Assembly (NCBI GenBank): GCA_963844715.1
Contig: CAWJPJ010000006.1
Span: 128,001-192,000 of the forward strand
Direction of reading: 5' to 3'
DNA length: 64,000 nucleotides
Origin: an uncultured Phycisphaerales bacterium
Lineage (GTDB): Bacteria; Planctomycetota; Phycisphaerae; Tepidisphaerales; Tepidisphaeraceae
The translations under genes were made by a program, and so were the position numbers. Shown here in pieces: positions 43,271 through 52,178 of the stretch; the first letter of the stretch is position 1; each line of letters starts with the position of its first letter. The notes under the pieces were generated by a model. It worked only from the letters and a program-made list of their open reading frames with translations. It was not told where the DNA came from and made no database searches.

Positions 43271-45207
43271 ATGAGCACAGAATGGCAGTTTTATCTTCAA
43301 CAGCCAACCGATCCGATCCATAACCCAATCTCGGGCGAGTTTTTCTCGACCGAGGCGGTGGGAAACGTGACCGAGGCGCTAATCCGCGAAGGTATCCAGA
43401 ACACGCTTGACGCGCGGAAGAAGAAGGCAGACGGATCACGGCACCCGGCCAGCGCGAGGATTTTCCTGTCTGGCACTGAAGGCGCCCTGTCCGCAAACCG
43501 CGCCCGTCGCTGGTTCGGGACCCTCTGGCCTCATGTAATGGCATCCGGCAATGGCCTGCGGAATCAACCGGCCGCTGACGAATCATGTCCGTTCCTCGTG
43601 TTCGAGGATTTCGGCACCATCGGTCTGACCGGCAATCCACAAGAACACCAAGTCGTTGATGGCGTCGCCAACCACTTCCTCAATTTTTATCGTGCTGAGG
43701 GACACTCAGATAAGGGCGAGCAGGATCGTGGAAGCTGGGGTGTCGGCAAGACGGTCTTTCCACGCGCCAGCCGTATCAGCAGTTACATCGGCTTGACCGT
43801 GCGCAGCGACGATGACAAGCATCTCCTACTGGGGCGATCGATCCTCAAGTATCACCGTATCAACGGAAAGTCATGCAAATCGGATGGCTACTTTGGCGTG
43901 CAACGGCAGAACGACAACTTCATGCTGCCTACAGATGATCCTGGCACACTCGCGGAATTCTGCTGCGACTTCAAGCTCAAGCGGCAAAACGAGAGTGGGT
44001 TGTCCATTGCGGTACCTTGGTATGAGATCAACGGCGACGATGGCATGACCGTCGACAAGGTGATCGCGGCGGTGCTTCGTGGTTTTTTCCATCCGATCCT
44101 GATGGGCCACCTTGCGGTCACCATTGCCACGCCGGAAGAGGAAATCGCGCTACACGCCGATAATATTTTGCACAAGTCGAATCTATTGGCGGTAGTCTCG
44201 CGCTGGAACTGTTGCCGGTAATCAAACTGGCTGAATGGGCACAAACCCGTATGCCAGCCGAGTTCCGTTCGCTGGTCGCGCCGCTCAACGACCGCGCCCA
44301 AAGCTGGTCGGCAGATTTGGTGCCGCCCGATTTGGTCAAACATATCCGCCAGTCCCTAGCCGCGCGGCAACCCGTGGCTCTCAGAGTACCCATGTCCGTT
44401 GAGTTGCGCACAAGTGGTCCACAACCAACGTTTTTTAATGTCTTCGTCGAATATAGCCAAGAAGATAGTGAGAAGCCGGTATTCATTCGCGACGAACTCA
44501 TCATTTCCGACGTGAAATCGCCTCGTATCTCACAAGTCCGTTCCCTCGTGATCGTGGACGATGGTCCCCTAGCCACCTTATTGCGAGATGCTGAGACGCC
44601 CGCGCACACCCAATGGAACCAGGGTACGAGTAAATTCAAGGACAAGTACAAGTTCGGCCCTGGTGTGATCAACTTTGTGCGCTTGAGCGTGTTAGAGTTA
44701 CTGCGCATCATCAATCAGGCGGAACAACAGCCTGATCCGACAATCACCATCGACTTTTTTTCTGTCCCTGCTCCGCCGGACGAAGAGGACGCGGTACTCG
44801 GCCGGCGGCGTAGGCCCCGTCAAACTCCCGGAACCGGGCCGACACCACCACCACCGCTTCCGCCAGCCCGGCCACACCGCTTCCGTATTGACAAACTGCG
44901 TGGCGGGTTCTCCATCCGCTCTGGCGATCCCGATGCGGCGCTTCCGCCCATCATCGACATCCGTGTCGCCTACGACGTGCGCCGCGGCAACCCGCTACGG
45001 AAGTACCATCAATCCGACTTCGACTTAGGCCACTCTCCAATCCGGTATGACACACAAATGAGCGGAGTAGCTGTCAAAAGCGCGAGCGGCAACCGAATGC
45101 TGGTCGCGGTGAAGCAAGCCGGATTCAACCTGGATGTGACAGGGTTCGACCCTGACCGTGACCTCTATGTTAAGGCCGAAGTGAAGGAGGCCGCTGATGT
45201 CGATTAG
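43271..45207 (+). CDS. GHKL-type ATPase domain protein (frameshift ~44180)
   Basis: LIREGIQNTLDA (N box), EDFGTIGL (G1) and RGSWGVGK (G2); continues in ORF 44212-45207. Confidence 0.75.
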
Positions 45208-45979
45208 ACGTATCAACTCTACCGGGCGCAAGAAAATCATGCGCGAGGATGCACGGATCTTCGTGCGACCAAATTCCGACGGCGCACTAATTTTCGATGC
45301 CATACTCGACCTAACCGATTACGGCCTACCCGATGATGCACAGGTATTTGTAGAGGCATATCGTCAAACAACCTTCATGCGATTCTCGCACGGAACCATC
45401 GCGGCACCTCAGCCGCCGTGCGATTTGGCACGCCGGCTCACTGAGTTCGCCAGTCGCGATGGGCTGCTGTTCCGCGTCAGGGTGACCTCAATGGACAACC
45501 CTGCTGGCGTGCTGCTCGCTGAGGGAGACCAAATCCCCATCAGTGACGACGAGGAGCAGCCGGACAAACGCATCGCTTTGTTGCCGCCCGCCCCTGGCGA
45601 ACTGGGTCAGGAAATGTGGCGCGTCGACCTGACTGGCGCAAACGGTCCGCTGTTGTTGGTAAACAATCGTGTCAGTGACTGGAAAGCCGTCGCCGCCTCG
45701 CCACTATTCCGTTCGCTGGTATACCCGGCCGCTATGCGACACGTGCTGTGGCACATTTACAAGGTGGAAGAGACGCGCGCCATGGACGATGCCGACGACT
45801 GGCGATGCCGCTGGTTGGCGTTCGCCGCAGCACTGCCAGGCGCAGGCAATCCTCCCCTGACGAGTGATGATGACGACGATTGGGGCGAGTGGATCACCAC
45901 TGCTGTTGAATCCTTCGCCCGCCAGCACAAGATGCTCGATCACTACACAGCATTCCTCGCAACGGAGGTTTCGGCATGA
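45197..45979 (+). CDS. Hypothetical protein
   Basis: Intact 260-aa ORF with GGAGG RBS; overlaps both neighbours. Confidence 0.85.
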   Translation: MSIRRINSTGRKKIMREDARIFVRPNSDGALIFDAILDLTDYGLPDDAQVFVEAYRQTTFMRFSHGTIAAPQPPCDLARRLTEFASRDGLLFRVRVTSMDNPAGVLLAEGDQIPISDDEEQPDKRIALLPPAPGELGQEMWRVDLTGANGPLLLVNNRVSDWKAVAASPLFRSLVYPAAMRHVLWHIYKVEETRAMDDADDWRCRWLAFAAALPGAGNPPLTSDDDDDWGEWITTAVESFARQHKMLDHYTAFLATEVSA

Positions 45980-46707
45980 GGCTCCAACGTTTTAACGATG
46001 AAGGTATCAACCGTTTCGGCCAGTTTCTGGACGCGCTGTCGGTGGATCCCACGATAGCTGTGCCCACTGATCTACTTACCGACGGGGCCTGCGCAGTCCC
46101 CGTTCCACCAAGTCCTGAAGTTCATATGCGGCAATTTGCTAGCCGGTTGGAAGCAGCCCGTTACCTGGATGGCGTCTTGTCGGAAGTTACCGGAAGTGAT
46201 ATTGAGCGCGATGCCGGCCTGTGGGCATGGCTCAGCCTCTTCTACTTTGATCAACTGTGCCCCCCTGATGGTCGGGGCCATCGGAAGCCCGGTGAGCGTG
46301 CGCGATGGATACCAGCCGTCGACGAGGCCCGTCGCTATTATCGGCATTTGCTCGCGGGCGCATATCGCGTTTACCGTGCCCATCACGACAACCCAGAGAG
46401 GGCGATGATACTGCTCCATTCCCCGCTCGCGCGAACTGGACACTTCTGGTATCAATTGGCTTCGCGCCAGGAGTTGGTTACGAATGGCGCGATTATGGAC
46501 GCTGCGACAGAACTCTATTTGGGGCAGCGCGGCACGAAGCCGAAGCGCGGAGCCACAAGTGAGATTCCAGGCAGCGTCTTTCGGTTCGCGGCGGTCCTAA
46601 ATCAGTTGGATACGGTGTGGGATCTGTACGCTATGAAGAAACAAGATATCCTGAATCTGCTCCCTGACGAATTTGATCGTTTTCGGGAGGAACCGTCGCT
46701 CATTTGA
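45976..46707 (+). CDS. Hypothetical protein
   Basis: Intact 243-aa ORF with ATGA coupling (GLWAWLSLFYFDQLCP, RRYYRHLL). Confidence 0.85.
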   Translation: MRLQRFNDEGINRFGQFLDALSVDPTIAVPTDLLTDGACAVPVPPSPEVHMRQFASRLEAARYLDGVLSEVTGSDIERDAGLWAWLSLFYFDQLCPPDGRGHRKPGERARWIPAVDEARRYYRHLLAGAYRVYRAHHDNPERAMILLHSPLARTGHFWYQLASRQELVTNGAIMDAATELYLGQRGTKPKRGATSEIPGSVFRFAAVLNQLDTVWDLYAMKKQDILNLLPDEFDRFREEPSLI

Positions 46708-47249
46708 CCTATTCGATGCAAACGTGAAATTATGCTCTCGATGATATGACCTCGCCATTGCATCGGGCGAAAATCGTACAGCAATCCATGTCATCCGGCC
46801 GGTTTACTTTTGAGAATACATTCGTATCGCGCCATAAGGGCGGAGACGCAGCAATCGAACGTAGTGTAACCAAGGCACAAAAGGCGGCAGACGGCGTCTG
46901 CCGATTTAGACCTTTGGATTTGCTTAATGCCGTTTGGCGGATTTCGCTTGAGGATTTACACGATGTCGTCCCGGAAATCGTCAACGCGTTCAAACGAACA
47001 GAAATGTTGTGCTTTGCCATGAAGATTGTGCAATCGCCGATTGCACAATTGGGCGGGGCTGTCTTCTGGACAGATCGTGCAGTCGATGTCCTTCATGGGT
47101 CTATCACACCGGCGAGTGATCTTGCTTAACCGCGCGCACCATCGCCAAGATACCCGCCTTCACGGCGGTCGGCAGAATCGGCCAAGCATCACCCAACGAC
47201 TGAAAATCTGGATCGGCTATTTTATGCGCCACGGGTTTGCGCGCACCAA

Positions 47250-47273
47250 CTGTGCCGGATTCTGTGCCGCGCT
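47250..47273. repeat. Putative integrase arm-type site (right)
   Basis: Exact 24-bp copy of 31752-31775. Confidence 0.7.
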
Positions 47274-47321
47274 TACATGAGATTTGTGGTTTTCCCGAAG
47301 GAATTCGAGTAGTGTTCGACC

Positions 47322-47335
47322 CCGATAGAGGCCAT
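47322..47335 (+). repeat. att core (right), duplicated tRNA 3' end
   Basis: CCGATAGAGGCCAT, preceded by T-loop-like GTTCGACC. Confidence 0.9.
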
Positions 47336-47396
47336 TCGATAACCCGGGCGGGCGATGGTGAATCGATCATCGGTTTAATCTACACTTCCCTCCGCT

Positions 47397-49219
47397 ATGC
47401 AATGGGAGGGCCGCAAACTTGCCGGGTTGGGCGCCTGCGGAATTCTGCTGGCAACTTTCGCGTTGAATTCGTGGCTCTCCTGGCGCCATACGTCGGCGAC
47501 GTTTGACGAACCGCTGCATCTGGTGGCCGCGAGGATTCAGACCCAGCAATCCGATTTCCGGGCCGATCCGGAGAACCCGCCATTCTGGAAATATTATGTC
47601 GCGTTCGGCTCGCCCGGCGGCGCGATGCCGCTGAATCATGATTATCCCGAATGGTCCGGGATGCTCAGAAATGACCAATCGGAACAGGATTACGCCACCC
47701 GGACTCTCTATACAACGGCGGGCGTCGATGCGGACACACTGATCCGCGCCGCACGGGCGAGAATGCTATGGTTGGGCGTCGTGCTTGGGGCGCTGATCGC
47801 CTGGTGGGCCTGGCGATTGGCGGGCCCTGTCGCCGCGATCGTCGCAACGGCTTTTTTTTGCTTTGATCCCAATTTCCTGGCGCACAGCTCGCTGATCAAA
47901 AATGATGTGGCGATCGCCTTGGCGTTCACCGCGCTGATGTATGCCGTGTGGTGCGTCGGGCGGCGAGCGGGGGTTCTGAACTGCGTGGCCGTTGGCGCGC
48001 TGGCCGGCGCGGCGATTACCACGAAATTTTCCGGCCTGCTGGCGCTGCCGTTTGTTGCCGCGGCGCTATTGCTTCGGGCGATGATTCCAACCGAATGGCG
48101 CGTGCTGAATTGGACGGCCCGCGGCGCAGGCGCGCGTCTGCTCGCCGCCGCGGCCATCGGCGCGTCGAGCCTGATTCTGGCCTATATCTTTATTTGGTAC
48201 AGCTATGGATGCCGGTACGCTTCCAGTCCGAATGCGGATCAGAACGTGGGTTTGCTCGACGCCGAGCAGGTTTACCTCCTCAGCCAGGGCATGCACGATC
48301 ATGGCGGCACCAACGACACGCCGATCGCCCAACTCCGGCAATGGTTCCACCAGGAGCAGCCCGATCGGGTCCTGCGTTCCGTCGAATGGGCCGATGAAAA
48401 ACATCTTCTCCCTCGCGCATTTTCGGCGGGTTTGTGATTATCGAAACGTACGCCATCAGTCGCCCGGGCTTTTTGCTGGGACGAGTCACTGGCGACGGAT
48501 GGTGGTACTATCTGCCAGTCGCCATCGCGGTCAAAACGCCCCTCGCGACGCTGATCGCCTCGGCGCTGGCGGCGGGGTTATTCTGGAAAATTTCGCGGCC
48601 GCGGAATGTTTGGTCGACCATTGCCATTCTGGTCGCGCCGGCGATCTACGCCATCACGGCGATGCGCTCGAACATGGACGTCGGCGTGCGCCATTTCCTG
48701 CCCATTTATCCGTTTCTCTATATTGGTCTTGGTGTCGTCGCCGCCGGCGCGGTGATGCGATTCGACTATCGTGCCGCCGTCGTCGTGGGAATTCTGCTGC
48801 TGGGCGCGGCGGTGGAGACGTGTTGCGCGTTTCCGAATTATCTTCCATTTTTCAATATCGCGGCCGGCGGTTATCGCGGGGGGGCGCGAATTCTCAGCGA
48901 TTCCAACATCGACTGGGGCCAGAACCTGCCGGCCCTGGCCGATTGGCAGCGGCGGCATCCCCAGTATCAGCTCATGCTCTGTTATTTCGGCTCGGCCGAT
49001 CCGCGCTACTACGGGATTCATTACTACAATCTCCCCGGCAGTTTTGCGCCGGACGACGAACCGATTTCCCACGACCGGCTTCCCTACGGGGCCATCAGCG
49101 TGATCTACCTGCAAGGCGAGTATCTGGACGAAACCGGGCGGCAGTTTTTTCAACAATTCCGCGATCACCCGCCGACGGAAATCCTCGGCGGAGGGATTTA
49201 TCTCTACGCTCCCAACTGA
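47397..49219 (+). CDS. Glycosyltransferase family 39/ArnT-like membrane protein (frameshift ~48430)
   Basis: SATFDEPLH, ENPPFWK, DPNFLAHS, GWWYY, GVRHFLP and DSNIDWGQ. Confidence 0.85.
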
Positions 49220-49235
49220 TTCGCCTGCGCCTCCC

Positions 49236-49823
49236 TTATCCAGGATTCGTCGTCCCCACGCCCGATTGCTGACCCATCGGCCTATACCCAAAACTCTGCC
49301 CACCGATTGACGCCTCGAACATCAATCCATTCACCCCGCGCACAAACACGGCGACGCCATTATCAAACTTCACGGCGGCCGCCGCTCCGGATGCCGCGGC
49401 CACCGCCGAGGCCGTCGCCGACAGCGCAAAATCCCCGCTCTCATAATTATCCAGCGTCGCTTTATCCTTGAAGATGATCAATTCACTATACGTCTGCCCG
49501 CCAAGCTGCGCACCGAGAGTGCCCTGGGTCAAATCCGTCCAGCCGATATTCTGACCACCCTGTACCACCACTCCGCGCCCGTAAGCCCCGCCGATCCCGA
49601 TTGCTCCTTTCCCGATGCTCGGGAAAATGGCGTACGCATAGCACTTGTCAATCAGCGGCGGAAGCGTCGAATCCTGCGAAACAAAGTCGTTGTAAGAACT
49701 CTTGGCGTTATCAAGCAACGCCTGCTGATCCCCTCCCGGCGGCACAGTCGAGCAAGCCGCCGCCGCCGCCACAAGAGCCGCCAACATCGTCACGGGCCAC
49801 GCCCACTTTAAATTCGTACGCAT
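49236..49823 (-). CDS. SYLF/YSC84-domain lipoprotein (paralog of 28457-29137)
   Basis: Lipobox AAAC, YAIFPSIGKGAIGIGG and GLMFEASIGGQSF. Confidence 0.85.
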   Translation of the reverse strand: MRTNLKWAWPVTMLAALVAAAAACSTVPPGGDQQALLDNAKSSYNDFVSQDSTLPPLIDKCYAYAIFPSIGKGAIGIGGAYGRGVVVQGGQNIGWTDLTQGTLGAQLGGQTYSELIIFKDKATLDNYESGDFALSATASAVAAASGAAAAVKFDNGVAVFVRGVNGLMFEASIGGQSFGYRPMGQQSGVGTTNPG

Positions 49824-49999
49824 CTCAATTCTCCTAAAAACGAGTAATCCCGGGCCTACATGGCCAGGGCCGCCCGTAACATAGCATCCAACGCCGATTC
49901 GCAACAGATTCAAAACTGCCGATAGGATCGTCAATCGGAGATAGCACTCGAAACGGTGAGATTCACGCCAAAGATTTGGTGGTATAATTGAACAGCGAC

Positions 50000-50278
50000 A
50001 TGACGGCACTCCCCCTCTCCCCGGCGTACCGAGAAGCAGTCAAAGTCTCCCTCATTCTTCAAGCCGCCGTATTCGCCCTCGTCGCGACAATCGAGGACTG
50101 GGACCTGCCCAGGGTTGTCGCCTGCTCCATGATCGGCTTCTGGCTCGGGGTCGCCGTCATCATGACGCGCCGCCCGCGCACGCCCGGCCGCCTCGACCTC
50201 TTCTTCATCCGTTGGGGCTTCGTCCCGATGCTGGCTCTCGGTTTGACGTTGATGCCTTGGATGGGATGGCTGCGCTAA
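50000..50278 (+). CDS. Small membrane protein
   Basis: Three hydrophobic segments. Confidence 0.6.
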   Translation: MTALPLSPAYREAVKVSLILQAAVFALVATIEDWDLPRVVACSMIGFWLGVAVIMTRRPRTPGRLDLFFIRWGFVPMLALGLTLMPWMGWLR

Positions 50279-50316
50279 TAATCCCCGCCCCAGCCGACCC
50301 TCAATCAATCTCAAGC

Positions 50317-52072
50317 CTATGCCGGAAATCCCCCCGACACAATGCTGTCGATCGCTTCGCTCAGCGCATCGATCGTAATAGGCTTGATCATATGCACCGC
50401 AAATCCGGCATCCTTGCTGCGAACCCGATCATGCTCCATCCCGAATCCGCTCACGGCGATGCCGGGCAACTGATGCTCCCTCCGAAGTTGCTTCATGAGG
50501 TCATACCCATCCCGATCCGGCAAGCCCAGATCGCTGATGACCAGATCAAAATGCTTATGCGCCGCGACATCCGTGGCCGCCGCGGCGTTGGCGACGGAAT
50601 CGAGCCGATGGCCGAGCAATTCGAGCAATTTCGTCAGCGCCATGCGCGTATCGTCGTGGTCTTCGATCAGGAGGATCTCCAAGCTTCGCCGCGCCTGGGG
50701 CAAAGCCGTCGGAGCGCTGGCCGCCGGCGCAACCGGCGACGCGCCCCGCGGATCAAGCGGAAGCGCCACTATGAACGTTGATCCCTGGTCCCGGCCCGCG
50801 CTGCGGGCCTCGATCGTGCCATAGTGAGCTTCCAGGATGGCTTTTGAGATAGCCAGCCCCAGCCCCAGCCCGCCGAAGCGCCGCGTCGTGCTCGAGTTTC
50901 CCTGCTCGAATATGCCAAATATCCGAGGCAGCGCCTCCGCCTCGATTCCAATCCCGTTGTCCTTGATTCGGACCCGGATCGAATCCTTGTTCACCACCGC
51001 GCTGATCTGAATCTCCCCGCCGTCCGGCGTGAATTTCAGGGCGTTGCGCAACACGTTCCAGATAACCTGTTGAAGCCGTGTTCGATCCCCGTACACCGGG
51101 AGCGGCGCGGCGGCAAATTGTCGGCGACATGACGACGTCCCGATGCTGAAATTCCGGCCGGCAAATCTCAACCGCGTTGCGAATGACGTCGCGGAGGTCG
51201 ATATGCTCGAACTTCGGCGCGAATTTTCCCCCAAACATGCGGCTGAGATCGAGCAGGTCGTCGATCAACCGAACTTCCAGCTCCAGATTGCTCAACACGC
51301 TGGCAAGGTCTTCGCGCATCTCCGGGCTGATATTCGGGCTTTCCGCCATCGCCGATAGAATCAACACCGCCGGAGACAGCGGCGTGCGCAGTTCGTGGCT
51401 CAGCATCGCCAAAAAGCGATCCTTCGCCTCGCTCGCCGCTTGCGCGGCGGCGCGCTGGCGCAGCGCGTCGGCGATCTGGTCCGCGTTTTTTCTTCGTTCC
51501 TCCTCCGCGAAAACCCGGCCGCTCACGTCCGTCAGCGCCACCAGAATAACCGTTCCCCGCACGCTCTCCCCGGCTACTTCAACGCTCGAGAGTTGCACGT
51601 GCGCATACCCTCCGATTGCCTTTCGCAGCCGAACTTCCACCCACGTTTTCTGATCGCCCGGGTTACCGCGCGACACCAGCAGAAAATTCAAAAATGCCGA
51701 GCGGTCTTCGTGATGCAAGAATACCAGCAGCGGCCTATGAACGATCAGATCGCGTTCCGCCTGGAGCAGTTTCAGCGCCGTGAGATTGGCCTTCAGAACA
51801 ACCCCGCTCCGGTCCAGCGTCATATATCCGACCGGGGCCTCGTCGTAGAGCCGGGCGTACCGATCCCGTGACTTTTCCAACTCGATCTGCGTCTCCCGCA
51901 ACTGCTCGTTCTGATTCAGCACTTCTTCGTGATAGGCTGAGATCGCCGAGCCCAGTTTGCGCATTTTCTCCGGCATCGTCGTCGACGTGGCGACGCGGTT
52001 CGCTTTGGCCTTCCGAACCGAGCGAATCACCGGCTTCCTGCGAGGAGACTGTCCGCTCAACGTCATATTCAT
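50317..52072 (-). CDS. PAS-domain hybrid histidine kinase/response regulator (frameshift ~51115)
   Basis: LSHELRTPL, RLQQVIWNVLRNALKFT, GGLGLGLAI and receiver motif DLVISDLGLPD. Confidence 0.9.
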
Positions 52073-52178
52073 CTCGCCCCATTTGCAGAATTGTCCACTT
52101 TAGACTCGACTGCAAAAACACAGTCTATCGGGCAATCGACCCAATACGAAACGGATAAAATAAACTTTCGCCTCGCCG

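Larger units (their letters stand above)
31628..47335. mobile_element. Integrative (probably mobilizable) element inserted at the tRNA-Leu 3' end
   Basis: Direct repeat CCGATAGAGGCCAT at 31628-31641 and 47322-47335. Integrase, xis, relaxase and cargo lie inside. Confidence 0.9.
47104..47335 (-). other. Startless reading frame in phase with the integrase across the att core
   Basis: WPLS-GSNTTRIP...DPDFQSLGDAWPILPTAVKAGILAMVRAVKQDHSPV*; shares WPLS with the integrase C-terminus. Confidence 0.65.

Noticed and set aside
46730..47129. ORFs on both strands near the right end of the island
   Set aside because: No recognisable motif or convincing start; cannot be supported as genes.
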